Below the pieces are notes generated by a model. The model searched no databases, was not told the origin of the DNA, and was given only the letters and a program-made list of their open reading frames with translations. From positions 1 to 57,485 of the forward strand of contig DDIK01000173.1 of NCBI GenBank assembly GCA_002338505.1: a stretch of DNA of 57,485 bases, written 5' to 3'. The DNA is from Bacteriovorax sp. UBA1852 (GTDB lineage Bacteria; Bdellovibrionota; Bacteriovoracia; Bacteriovoracales; Bacteriovoracaceae). Below are positions 47,652 to 57,485 of this stretch, in pieces. Position numbers and translations under genes: made by a program. Position 1 is the stretch's first letter. The number at the start of each line of letters is the position of its first letter.

Positions 47652-48917
47652 ATGAAAAAATTAATTATAGCACTCTTAGTCCTAAAGTCTTCATTTGCAA
47701 ATATCGTAAAAGAATCACTATTTGTTCATGATCCTCTTTCTACCCACCTTCAAATGATTAGATCAAACCCAGATCTTACAGTTGATCATTTAAATGATGA
47801 TGGTTATGAACTCTATGGACCAAATGGAACTTCAAAGTGGCTTAAGCAAATAGGGATCGATCATGATCAAATGATTTTTAATACTGAGTCCCTTAATGGA
47901 TACCCAAAGAGTGACGAAATAATATCTCAGCTTAGAAGTCTTGCGTCAGCTAATCCTGAAATTATTAAACTTATAAAAATTGGCGAGAGTGAAAAAGGTC
48001 AAGATTTAGTATTTTTGAAAATTTCAGATAATCCTCATATTGATGAGCTCGAACCAGAAGTTAAACTCATGGCCAATATGCATGGGGACGAAATTATGGG
48101 TAGAGAGATCCTTCTTCAATTTTTAGAAGATTTAGTAATTGAATATCGCACAAACCCTGAAGTTAAAAGTCTTATTGATAATACTGAATTATTCGTTATG
48201 CCAACGATGAATCCTGATGGAGCCGACCGAAGAAGACGTGGCAATGCTAATTATGTAGATCTCAATAGAAGCTTTCCAGACTTCACGAGACCAGGAGACT
48301 TTAGAACTCCTCCCAAAGAAGTCAAAGCGATGATGGATTTTCAAAAGTCCAGAAACTTTGCACTTTCTTTCAACTATCACGGAGGTGCCGTTGTCGTAAA
48401 TTACCCTTGGGATACTCATGACGAGCTTCACCCTGAAAATGACCTCATTGTAGATCTTTCAAAAAATTATGTTCAAAATACAGGATACTTTCTTACAAGA
48501 AGTCGCTTTAAAGATGCTATTACCAATGGATACCAATGGTATGAGGTTAATGGTGGTATGCAGGATTGGAGTTACCACTGGTATAACGACCTTCAGGTTA
48601 CAATTGAAGTAAGTAAGAGAAAATGGCCTAACTACAGAGATAGAACTTATTTTTACAATGAAAATAAAGAGGCTATCTTTAATTATATTAAATCTGTGCA
48701 CAGAGGGACTGGCATTAGCCTCCCACATAATACTAAGATCAAAGTAAATACTATAAATGGCGAAAAAGTTGGTGAGTTTCAAACTTATAATAATGAATTC
48801 TATAAAGTTCTTGCGCCTGGTGATTATAAATTAAATTTTAGAATTAATGGCACAGATAAAGAGCTAGAGTTACAAATTAGCGAAGAACTTAAATATCGTA
48901 ACTTTCTTAAGCTTTAG
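47652..48917 (+). CDS. Secreted M14 zinc carboxypeptidase (CPD/N/E-like)
   Basis: NMHGDE, NPDG, DLNRSFP, HGG, GGMQDWSY. Confidence 0.92.
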   Translation: MKKLIIALLVLKSSFANIVKESLFVHDPLSTHLQMIRSNPDLTVDHLNDDGYELYGPNGTSKWLKQIGIDHDQMIFNTESLNGYPKSDEIISQLRSLASANPEIIKLIKIGESEKGQDLVFLKISDNPHIDELEPEVKLMANMHGDEIMGREILLQFLEDLVIEYRTNPEVKSLIDNTELFVMPTMNPDGADRRRRGNANYVDLNRSFPDFTRPGDFRTPPKEVKAMMDFQKSRNFALSFNYHGGAVVVNYPWDTHDELHPENDLIVDLSKNYVQNTGYFLTRSRFKDAITNGYQWYEVNGGMQDWSYHWYNDLQVTIEVSKRKWPNYRDRTYFYNENKEAIFNYIKSVHRGTGISLPHNTKIKVNTINGEKVGEFQTYNNEFYKVLAPGDYKLNFRINGTDKELELQISEELKYRNFLKL

Positions 48918-49411
48918 AAACGACAAACATTTTTACGATTTGATTTATCAAATACTCTATAGCTATAAAACCTTTTTACAATTTTAGCTTCGCGAAGCTT
49001 TCCTTCATCATCTTTTTTTAGAGTTACTTTATTGTAGAAGTATCGACGATCTTTTGTTCTCACTTTATATGAAAAAACAAGCTTCTTCTTACCAGCTTTA
49101 CACTTAGTAATATTTTGTACTTCCTGACTTTCATCAATTTTTAAAATAGATGTTGAGATACCTCGTCGCTTTCCCTGAACCTCAAGTGAAGTTACAAGTT
49201 CTCCTATAGCATTTTCATCTGAATCTCTTTCGAGCCTTGTAAACATATCAAGGAAACAATCTTTCTGTGAGTGCTTCTCTTTTCCATTCAAGGTAACAGC
49301 TTCATTGTCTTCAACATTAAGAAAACTCTGAACCTTATCAATACATAACGATGCATCTTCCGAAGCAAATACTGATAAACCAAACAATATAACAACAATT
49401 ACTTTCTTCAT
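48914..49411 (-). CDS. Secreted hypothetical protein
   Basis: Signal peptide from ATG 49411 (MKKVIVV). Confidence 0.7.
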   Translation of the reverse strand: MKKVIVVILFGLSVFASEDASLCIDKVQSFLNVEDNEAVTLNGKEKHSQKDCFLDMFTRLERDSDENAIGELVTSLEVQGKRRGISTSILKIDESQEVQNITKCKAGKKKLVFSYKVRTKDRRYFYNKVTLKKDDEGKLREAKIVKRFYSYRVFDKSNRKNVCRF

Positions 49412-49521
49412 ATATTTTCCAAAAAGTTTAATTTCTATCAAAATAACATATATATTGAACGTATCGGAGAAATGTGAAGGATTTATAGGAACGTGCAAGA
49501 ATTACACAAACGTATTTACAG

Positions 49522-50373
49522 CTACTTAAGCTCCAGGTTTGTAAAATATGCGCGATGATCTGAAGTGAATTTTTCTTGCTTACCATACCTATACTGATCG
49601 ACTCCCCAATCTGTGACTTTCCACTCATGCCCCTTAGATAAGAGAATATGATCTACCCTACAGGCTGGAAAGACTTTAGCCTTCTCTAAATTACAACTAT
49701 CATGAGGAGTTGTATCGGAATTCTTCAAAAATGAAAGCTTTTCCTTAATGTCAAAGGAATCAATAAATCCACTCATTAGCGTAGAAAATCCGCTCATCGA
49801 AGGCCTTAAGTTTGTATCTCCAGCGAAGATCATAGGTATCGAAGTATCGAGCACCATATTCTTTAATATATGAGCCGAAGGCTCCTTATTTTCTCTGCGA
49901 TTATCAAAATGACTTGATACTAAGTACAACTCTTTATTAGACTTCAGGTCTCGCACTTTAAGCCAAAATAGTCTTCTTGGTAATGATAATTTCCAACCAA
50001 AAGATAGTCTCCTATCACCTTTAGGGCCAAGCCACCTTCCACCTCTATCAAGAACCTCAAACCTTCCTTTCTTTAAAAAGAAAGCAGGATCACTTTTTTT
50101 AAAAACTTTAAATTTTGTATAATGTAGATCGTAATTTTCTAGCTTTTTATGAAGATATTTGACCTGTCTTGATGTCCTAACTTCTTGAAGAGCAACAACA
50201 TCAGCATCTATTCTTTTTAAAGTATCAATAATCCAATGTTTTCTTTTTTTATACTTATCGTAATAGCCCTTATTACACCAATCACAAGTTACATTAAAGG
50301 TTGTCACCCGTAACTTAAGAGCAAATGATGAATAAGAGAAAGCTATAATGAGAATTACTTTAATTTTTTTCAT
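49522..50373 (-). CDS. Secreted endonuclease/exonuclease/phosphatase family protein
   Basis: TFNV, LQEV, GDTN, VDHI, SDH. Confidence 0.92.
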   Translation of the reverse strand: MKKIKVILIIAFSYSSFALKLRVTTFNVTCDWCNKGYYDKYKKRKHWIIDTLKRIDADVVALQEVRTSRQVKYLHKKLENYDLHYTKFKVFKKSDPAFFLKKGRFEVLDRGGRWLGPKGDRRLSFGWKLSLPRRLFWLKVRDLKSNKELYLVSSHFDNRRENKEPSAHILKNMVLDTSIPMIFAGDTNLRPSMSGFSTLMSGFIDSFDIKEKLSFLKNSDTTPHDSCNLEKAKVFPACRVDHILLSKGHEWKVTDWGVDQYRYGKQEKFTSDHRAYFTNLELK

Positions 50374-50426
50374 ATTAAAAGTAGAACAAAGTTTTTATAA
50401 AACGTCATGTTAGGAAATCATTAGTC

Positions 50427-50774
50427 TTACTCACTATCTCGACTAAAAGACTCGGGTAAGATATCTATTCCTAACTTTTTTGAAACTATGACGATTAAGG
50501 GCAAAGTAATGGGAGCAAAGGGAAGAAGAAGAATCGCCCCAATTCCAAGTGTCTTAAATAAATCTCTAAATTGATTGTTTGCCCAGGTCATTTCATCGTG
50601 GCTAGCATTTGAATTTAGATACTTCCTATAGATATGAAGCATCTTCTTTGAATCTTCAGTTTCAACCTTAAGTACAATTTTTAGTCTTCTTAAAGTCTTT
50701 ATAAGATCTTTTCTAAACAGTCTGGAACGAGTAGCAAGAAATAAGATAATCTTCGCAAACAAATTAATTAACAC
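50427..50774 (-). CDS. Small membrane protein, LETM1-like domain
   Basis: ANNQFRDLFK....LLPFAPITLP...ILPESF. Confidence 0.6.
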   Translation of the reverse strand: MLINLFAKIILFLATRSRLFRKDLIKTLRRLKIVLKVETEDSKKMLHIYRKYLNSNASHDEMTWANNQFRDLFKTLGIGAILLLPFAPITLPLIVIVSKKLGIDILPESFSRDSE

Positions 50775-51979
50775 TAATTCATGACTTCAAAAAACTGAGG
50801 AAAAGACTTATGAACACAGTCAATATCATGAAGCACTCCTCCACCATTCATACGCTGAAATAAGTGACTAATCATCACCATTCTATGATCCCTTTCAGTC
50901 TTCACCTCAACGGGATTACTGTGAGGTATTCTTCCTGTTATAATAATAGCATCCTGATCTGGTTCATAATATGATGAAACTTCAAATAAATTCATTATCC
51001 GTAACATCTCTTTTAAGCGGTCACATTCTTTATATTTTAATATTTCCACGTTTCTAATTATACTTCGATCTTTTGCGTATGAAGCAAGAAAGCAAAGAGT
51101 TGGGACCAGATCAGGACAGGCTGAGCAGTCAACATCAAAGCTTGGTAAATCACTAAGCCCTTTAAGACTTAAGCCATTACTCGAGATATCAATTTGAACA
51201 CCAAGATCTTTTAAAATTTGAACAAAAACTGAGTCAGCCTGATATTCGTCGATTTCACGACAATTAGGAACAGTTAAACTTCCAGAAAAAGAGGCCATTG
51301 CTAGAGGATATGACAACGAGCTAAAGTCAACTGGTACACTATAACGATTAGTATTCTTGATGATTAATTCTTTTGTCATATTCAAATATGGAATCGACGT
51401 CTTGAGATTTTTCTCAATTACCTTAATTCCAACTTTGTGCAAAGATAGTAAAAATCCTGTTGCAAACTGAGTTGTCTCTGAGCAGTCAACTTCAACTTCT
51501 TTTCTTTCATTCTTGTAGGGTCCCTTTAAAGTAAACCAAGACTGATCGTCGATTGAAACACCAAGATCTCTAAGAATATTCTTCATCTCATCCATTGGTC
51601 TCTCACTCATTTTTTCAGCTGGTATCAGCTTGTACTGGTTTTTTCCAAGTGCTAATAAAGGTATTAAAAAACGATTTGTTGTCCCCCCATCACCAGTCTC
51701 GAGTACTAAGGTCTCATCTGTAGTGACTTCACATGCCGGAAATGAGTTATTAATTTTGACTTGATCATTTGTCTGAGTGACATTAAGTCCAATCGCTTTA
51801 AAACACTTAATCATATTACGTACGTCTGATGATTCAGGAACATTCTCAATAACGACAATATCGGGATTTAAGGCGGCAAGTATTAAAACTCTATTTGCAT
51901 ATGACTTCGATGTAGGAACAAGTATTTTTTTATTTAATTTTCCAGAATTACTGTTAAAGGATAAATTTTCTGAGTTCAT
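50774..51979 (-). CDS. aroA: EPSP synthase
   Basis: SKSYANR, ERPM, KECDRL, DHRMVM, KSFPQF; start ATG 51979. Confidence 0.92.
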   Translation of the reverse strand: MNSENLSFNSNSGKLNKKILVPTSKSYANRVLILAALNPDIVVIENVPESSDVRNMIKCFKAIGLNVTQTNDQVKINNSFPACEVTTDETLVLETGDGGTTNRFLIPLLALGKNQYKLIPAEKMSERPMDEMKNILRDLGVSIDDQSWFTLKGPYKNERKEVEVDCSETTQFATGFLLSLHKVGIKVIEKNLKTSIPYLNMTKELIIKNTNRYSVPVDFSSLSYPLAMASFSGSLTVPNCREIDEYQADSVFVQILKDLGVQIDISSNGLSLKGLSDLPSFDVDCSACPDLVPTLCFLASYAKDRSIIRNVEILKYKECDRLKEMLRIMNLFEVSSYYEPDQDAIIITGRIPHSNPVEVKTERDHRMVMISHLFQRMNGGGVLHDIDCVHKSFPQFFEVMN

Positions 51980-52979
51980 CTTTTTTCTCTCTAAGTTTAT
52001 TTTCGATATCGTTAAAAAGGACATTCTGAATAATAGGCTGACCGAGATCATCAATTCGAACAATATCAAGACGATCGATACTCGATGCCTTTTTATCGCT
52101 TTGAATATAGTTCATAATATCTTCAACAGGAAAAGTCTTATTAAACCAAGGAGGTTCTCCAAAGTTGAGTTCAAGCTTATCTACTAATGCTCTTAAATTT
52201 ACGAGATGATCCTCATCATCATAGATATAGAACATAACAACCATTCCCCAAAAAACAGCAATTCCGTGCTCTAGTTCATAGATTCGTTCAAATGCATGGC
52301 CTAAGGTATGCCCAAGATTTAGTATCTTTCTTTTGCCACTCTCTTTAAAGTCAGCATCGACTATCTCTTGTTTGTACTTTGCACATAATTCAATAATATC
52401 AGAAAGACTTGAGTCATTAAGTATAGCGTTATTAATCTCACGAGATAGAAAGCAATACTTTAGCATCTCTCCTTTACCACCGAGAATATTAATATCAGGA
52501 AGAGTTTCTAAAAAGTCTTTTAAGATAAGTACATTAACAGGAAGATGAAAAGCACCAACAAGATTTTTTCCATGCTCTGAGTTTATAGCGACTTTCCCTC
52601 CGACTGCTGCATCGATCATACCAAGTAAACTTGTAGGGATAACGGACCACTTCACTCCACGAAGAAGCATTGAAGCAACAAGACCTCCAAAATCTGAGGC
52701 TGCACCGCCACCAATTGCAATAAGATGAGTATTTCGATGAGCTTTTTTAGAAAGAAAAAACTCAAGAGCATTCTTTAGTTCATCATAGCACTTTGTACGC
52801 TCCCCCTCTAAAGACTTCCATACTGCAACTTTTTTATTTTTGAAATTTAAGAAATCAAACTTCTTTCGATAAATATTATAAACATTTGCATCAACTAGAA
52901 TGAGTACAAAGTCCGTATCAATATCTTCAATATTATCTCTAAGTTCTTCTAGGTCTTTTATTATTTTTATATCTGACAT
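51954..52979 (-). CDS. aroB: 3-dehydroquinate synthase
   Basis: IGGG, DAAVGGK, GKNLVGAF, LNLGHTLGHAFE. Confidence 0.95.
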   Translation of the reverse strand: MSDIKIIKDLEELRDNIEDIDTDFVLILVDANVYNIYRKKFDFLNFKNKKVAVWKSLEGERTKCYDELKNALEFFLSKKAHRNTHLIAIGGGAASDFGGLVASMLLRGVKWSVIPTSLLGMIDAAVGGKVAINSEHGKNLVGAFHLPVNVLILKDFLETLPDINILGGKGEMLKYCFLSREINNAILNDSSLSDIIELCAKYKQEIVDADFKESGKRKILNLGHTLGHAFERIYELEHGIAVFWGMVVMFYIYDDEDHLVNLRALVDKLELNFGEPPWFNKTFPVEDIMNYIQSDKKASSIDRLDIVRIDDLGQPIIQNVLFNDIENKLREKKDELRKFIL

Positions 52980-52982
52980 AAT

Positions 52983-53975
52983 TTACTCGTAAGCCTTTTG
53001 TCTTAATAAATGATCCGCTAAAACATTTTTCACCATAGATTCAACGACAGGGACAGCCCTAGGAAGAATACATGGATCATGCCTTCCAGCTTTTGCCTTT
53101 TTACCAACAGTGGAAGTTGGCTTAAATGTGGTTTTTAAAATAATTGTATCACCATTAGAAATTCCACCTTCAATCCCTCCAAAATTCTCTCTTTGTGCAC
53201 TAACAACACTGCCTTCAAGCTCAGCCATTTTCTCACCTAGGCCAAAAGAGAAAGATACACATGCACCAATTGAAAGTAGTGCCTTCGCAAACTCAGCTTT
53301 TAACTTATCAAATGCTGGCTCGCCTAATCCCGCAGGACATCCTTCGACATTGATAACAATCTGGCCACCAACAGACTCACCTTCTTTTTTTAAATTGATG
53401 AGATACTTTTCAATTTCACCATCTTTTGTAGGATCAGCAAAATTATAAGTACCTAGATCTTGATCTATGTTATCGAGCTTATTTCTCTCATATTCAAAGG
53501 GCCCTAACTTTGTGATAAAAGCCTTCACTTTTATGTCTTTAATTATTAACGAAGCAAAATAACCTGCAATTACCCGTGACAAGGTTTCTCTTCCACTACT
53601 TCTTCCGCCTCCACGATGGTCTCGATGCCCAAACTTCTTTTCATAGGTTTCATCAGCATGGCCTGGACGGTAATTTGTCTTTAGAGTGTCATAGTCTTTT
53701 GATCTTTGATTTGTATTTCTGACAATGACTGCAATAGGAGTACCTAGGGTTTTCCCCTCGAATACACCAGATAAAATCTCAGGTTCATCAGCCTCTTTTC
53801 TTGAAGTCGTTCCCTTTGACTGGCCAGGAGCCCTTCTTAGTAGCTCATCATGTAAGTCCTGTGGAGATACTTCAAGACCAGGAGGTACACCATCCAACAC
53901 AACCCCAAGAGCAACCCCATGAGACTCACCAAAGGTTGTTAACGAGAACATCTTTCCAAAACTATTTCCGCGCAT
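52983..53975 (-). CDS. aroC: Chorismate synthase
   Basis: GESHG, RPGHAD, RSSGRET, GRHDPC. Confidence 0.97.
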   Translation of the reverse strand: MRGNSFGKMFSLTTFGESHGVALGVVLDGVPPGLEVSPQDLHDELLRRAPGQSKGTTSRKEADEPEILSGVFEGKTLGTPIAVIVRNTNQRSKDYDTLKTNYRPGHADETYEKKFGHRDHRGGGRSSGRETLSRVIAGYFASLIIKDIKVKAFITKLGPFEYERNKLDNIDQDLGTYNFADPTKDGEIEKYLINLKKEGESVGGQIVINVEGCPAGLGEPAFDKLKAEFAKALLSIGACVSFSFGLGEKMAELEGSVVSAQRENFGGIEGGISNGDTIILKTTFKPTSTVGKKAKAGRHDPCILPRAVPVVESMVKNVLADHLLRQKAYE

Positions 53976-54071
53976 TTTGCTTCCTTAAATACTTGATTTC
54001 ATTCTTTATATTCTAACAAAAAATTAATACAATAGATGCTAGTCAAAACTCGCCCCCCAACTGGAGCAAAT

Positions 54072-54773
54072 GTGGAAAAAGAACAAGTCTTAAAAGATAT
54101 CGAAGCTTACTACAAAATCATCCAGAAATATGAATATAGTAATGAGGATGAGATAAAAAGAATCGCATTTCTTCATAAACAAAAACAAAAGAAACTCGAT
54201 GAAAAGACGCATTTACTTGAAGAAAAAGATTCAGTATCACGTAAAACTAGTCACCTAGAAGCAGATCTTCACAGTATAGAAACAAAACTAAGTAAAAGTA
54301 ACAAAGCTATAAGCTCAGTCTCTACTGAAAAGGAACTGAACACTTTAAATACACAAATTGCAGATGCGAGTAACGAGAAAGACAAGATTGAAATCGAAAT
54401 TTTAGATCTTTATGAAGGAGATTCTCAACTTGATAAATCTTTATCAGAAACCGAAACGTTTATATCTGGTATCAATGAAACTATCTCAGAAATAGAACTT
54501 GAGATAGATAATACAACAATAGAAAATAACACTAAAATCGAAAAACTTCAGGAACAAATAAAAGGTTTATTTTTAGAACTTCAACCAGAAGAACAGCGAC
54601 TATTTGAAATTGCACAAGAGAAGCACGGCCTTAAAGGTGCCATAAGCCATTTGAAAGCTAACTCTTGCTCATCATGTCGTATAAATCTAAGCCTTGATCT
54701 TATTCAACGTATAAAAAAAAGAGACCTTATTCTGTGCCCTAGCTGTTCAAAGCTTCTGCTTCACGATTCTTAA
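54072..54773 (+). CDS. Coiled-coil protein with C4 zinc ribbon (DUF164/CT398-like)
   Basis: Long coiled coil, CSSC and CPSC; GTG start after GGAG. Confidence 0.85.
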   Translation: MEKEQVLKDIEAYYKIIQKYEYSNEDEIKRIAFLHKQKQKKLDEKTHLLEEKDSVSRKTSHLEADLHSIETKLSKSNKAISSVSTEKELNTLNTQIADASNEKDKIEIEILDLYEGDSQLDKSLSETETFISGINETISEIELEIDNTTIENNTKIEKLQEQIKGLFLELQPEEQRLFEIAQEKHGLKGAISHLKANSCSSCRINLSLDLIQRIKKRDLILCPSCSKLLLHDS

Positions 54774-57485
54774 TATCAAGAGCGTGACCTAGCTCAACTT
54801 TATTCTTAAAACGAAAAAAGTTTTTAATCTTCTCAAAAATTAAGTACTGACATGGAACAAAAACAAGTGTGACAAATGTTGCAAATGCAAGTCCCCAAGC
54901 AAAGCTCATCGCCATCGGCTTAAGAAATGGATCTCCACCCCTAGCATGCGCAACAGGTAATAGTCCTGCTACAGTCGTAAAAGTAGTAAGGAGAACTGGA
55001 CGAAGTCTGGAAATACAAGCTTCAAAAATCGCCTCATACATACTTTCATACTCTTCTCTTTTTAAATTAATAAAATTTACGAGAACAATTGAGTCATTGA
55101 TAACAACTCCAATCAAACCTACAACTCCCATCATGGCCATAAATCCAAGACTTAAACCAAAGAGTTTAAAAGACCAAATAACTCCAATCATACCTAATGG
55201 GATTGCAGTCATAACGCTCAGTGGATGGGCAATTGAGTTAAACATCAGAACTAAAACTATAAAGATGCAAGACATCGCTATAACGAAAGACTTCAAAAGC
55301 CCTTGCATAGATTCTTGTGTATCTTCATTCTCACCACCAAAGTTAAAAGTAATACCAGGATAATCCTTTAGAATATTTTCAAGTTTGGGATTAAAGTCTG
55401 TCGCAATTTTCGTAGAGTTTGTTTGCGCTTTATCGAGAGTTCCAGAGATAGAAAAGGTTCTCTTTCTATCAAGACGTCTAATTACGAAAGCTCCAGGTCG
55501 ACTAGAAATTTGTGCAACTTTATTTAAGGGAATAAGCCTCCCGGATGAATTTAGCATTGTAAGTCCAAGTAAAGGCTCTGCAGTCTTTACAATTTCTTCA
55601 TCAAGCTTGATCTTTATTTCGATATCTTCATCTGATTTTCTAATCTGAGTAATTTCATCTCCAGATAAGGCCCTTCTAAGCTCCAAGCCTATATCTCTAA
55701 CTGAAAGACCTAAACGTAAGGCCTCAGCTTCATCAACCTTAAAAATAACCTGATCATTCCCTTCTTCAAAGTCGATCTCCGTTGTCACTACTCCAGCTTC
55801 TTTAGAAAGTGCCTTTTCAATTTTCTTTGAAACAATTTTTAGCTCTTCTATTGAATCTGAAAAGATCTCAATATCAACATCTTTTCCTCGAGGAGGCCCG
55901 CCTTGAACTTTCTTAACAAGAATTTTAAAGTTTGGATCTACCATTTGCTCAGCTCTATCTGTAACTTTTTTGATAATCTCATCTGTACTCTTTTCTCTCT
56001 CTGTTGGATCTGTGAGATAGAGAACAATTGAGCCATAATGACTTCCTGTTTTAGTCCCTTGATCACCTATAAGGATACCAATTCGAGCTTGAATTTGCTG
56101 TACCTCGTTTTTTGGAAATGAGTTAACGATCATCTTTTCCACTTTAAGCATTTCTTTTGAAGTCTCTTCCTTTGCTGTTCCGACCTTTCCTTTAAATTGA
56201 ACAAAGACTGTTCTTACGTCATCACCAGGAAATAACTCAAAATTCATTTTTGTTGCGACAAAGATTGATCCAACAAACATAAGAAAGAAAGTAAAATTAG
56301 TAATCGTCGGAGCTTTGAGTACAATTTTTAGCGTACTCCCATACATCTTCTTAAAAGGTAGGTACCACTGCTTTCTATACTCACTAGCTTTATTCTTTTT
56401 TAGCTTAACAAAGTCCGCGAGGTGAGATGGAAGGATAAAGAAACACTCAAACCATGAAGCGATCAGACATATGATAACCGTGGCAGGAACAGGCCACAGA
56501 AACTTCCCCATGATTCCACCCATAAAGAAAAGTGCTCCAAATGCTATCATCGTGGTTACAATAGTAGCGGTTACAGGCTTAATCGTCTGATAAGCAGCCT
56601 TTCTTGCAGCCTCTTTAGGTGGATCTCCTTCTTCTAGATTCTGGTAAAACTGTTCGGCGACAATAATTGAATCATCGACAAGCATTCCAAGAACTAGGAT
56701 TAATCCAAACATTGAGATTAAATTTATAGATAATCCCATAAAGTCCATGCAAATAAATGCGATCATAAATGCAATAGGAGCCCCCATGGAGGTTACTATT
56801 GAAGTCGAAGTATTTAAGAAAAGTAGAAGACAAATAAAAACAAGACCAATTCCTAAAATCCCATTATCTCTCAAAACATTAAGTCGGCGCTTTACAAAAT
56901 AAGACGAATCATCAACAAAGGAGTGAGCAACATCTTTATATTTAGGGTTTGCAAAGAAGTCTGCAACGACACCTTTCACCCAATCACTAGATCTGATAAT
57001 ATCTGCTGAAGACTTAATCCGGACGTCTAAGAATAATGCCAAATCACCATTTGATCTTCCAAAAGATCCATCGTCGACTGGTCGTTTTACAACTTTAGCG
57101 ACGTCTTTAACTAGAACAGATTGTCCTTCACTATTTGATCGTACAACGACATTTGCCACATCATTTTCATCTTCAAACTCATTAAGGGTTCTAACAAAGA
57201 CATCCCCCTTATCACTTTCAAACTTTCCAGCACTAAGATTAAGGTTACTACGATCTATGGCCCTTGAAATCTCACCAAGCGTGACTTGCTTTTCTTGTAT
57301 CTTTGCTGGATCGACAAGAGCCACAATCTCATCTTCTCGATAACCTTGAATATCAACAATAGAAATAGATTTATTTAGTTCAAGAAGATCTCTTAAGTCT
57401 TTTGACACGACCCTTAAGCGCTCATATTCTGCGCCTTTAACTACGACCTTAATTTTTCCTCTTCTATTCTTATTGCTTAAGCTCA
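54739..57485 (-). CDS. RND efflux permease (AcrB/D/F family), 5' end outside the window
   Basis: GMLVDDSI, GVVINDSI, RLRPVLLT; frame open to the window edge. Confidence 0.93.
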   Translation of the reverse strand, partial: SLSNKNRRGKIKVVVKGAEYERLRVVSKDLRDLLELNKSISIVDIQGYREDEIVALVDPAKIQEKQVTLGEISRAIDRSNLNLSAGKFESDKGDVFVRTLNEFEDENDVANVVVRSNSEGQSVLVKDVAKVVKRPVDDGSFGRSNGDLALFLDVRIKSSADIIRSSDWVKGVVADFFANPKYKDVAHSFVDDSSYFVKRRLNVLRDNGILGIGLVFICLLLFLNTSTSIVTSMGAPIAFMIAFICMDFMGLSINLISMFGLILVLGMLVDDSIIVAEQFYQNLEEGDPPKEAARKAAYQTIKPVTATIVTTMIAFGALFFMGGIMGKFLWPVPATVIICLIASWFECFFILPSHLADFVKLKKNKASEYRKQWYLPFKKMYGSTLKIVLKAPTITNFTFFLMFVGSIFVATKMNFELFPGDDVRTVFVQFKGKVGTAKEETSKEMLKVEKMIVNSFPKNEVQQIQARIGILIGDQGTKTGSHYGSIVLYLTDPTEREKSTDEIIKKVTDRAEQMVDPNFKILVKKVQGGPPRGKDVDIEIFSDSIEELKIVSKKIEKALSKEAGVVTTEIDFEEGNDQVIFKVDEAEALRLGLSVRDIGLELRRALSGDEITQIRKSDEDIEIKIKLDEEIVKTAEPLLGLTMLNSSGRLIPLNKVAQISSRPGAFVIRRLDRKRTFSISGTLDKAQTNSTKIATDFNPKLENILKDYPGITFNFGGENEDTQESMQGLLKSFVIAMSCIFIVLVLMFNSIAHPLSVMTAIPLGMIGVIWSFKLFGLSLGFMAMMGVVGLIGVVINDSIVLVNFINLKREEYESMYEAIFEACISRLRPVLLTTFTTVAGLLPVAHARGGDPFLKPMAMSFAWGLAFATFVTLVFVPCQYLIFEKIKNFFRFKNKVELGHALDIKNREAEALNS

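Noticed and set aside
1948-55648. Short antisense or nested ORFs in the track (e.g. 1948-2208, 8322-8606, 45351-45662, 53110-53448, 54869-55363)
   Set aside because: They lie inside well-supported genes on the other strand or frame and show no motifs or RBS.

Overview
AT-rich bacterial chromosomal window with most genes on the minus strand. Gene content (many signal-peptide hydrolases and orphan secreted proteins, sigma28-like promoters) suggests a predatory Bdellovibrionota such as Halobacteriovorax/Bacteriovoracaceae; this is inference. Core genes: ptsG-ptsH-ptsI, asnB/asnC, tlyA, dapF, hemN, aroC-aroB-aroA, a partial RND transporter, tRNA-His and a CAT-anticodon tRNA (probably Ile2). Three regions stand out. 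(1) An integrase-free accessory island downstream of the CAT tRNA (about 25.4-37.3 kb). Its left part is built from repeated modules: conserved hairpin leader, palindromic operator, Rha-family gene, then an AAGCCTTC-TTAATT-GAAGGCTT hairpin. Cargo genes lie between modules, and two rearrangements fall exactly at the TTAATT core. (2) A secreted fungal-type GH15 glucoamylase translationally coupled to a complete glucose PTS operon. (3) A five-gene lipid or small-molecule tailoring cluster: hydroxylase/desaturase, YghO/bCerS-like GNAT, P450, PEP-utilising kinase, O-methyltransferase. All calls come from motif reading by eye; no searches were run.
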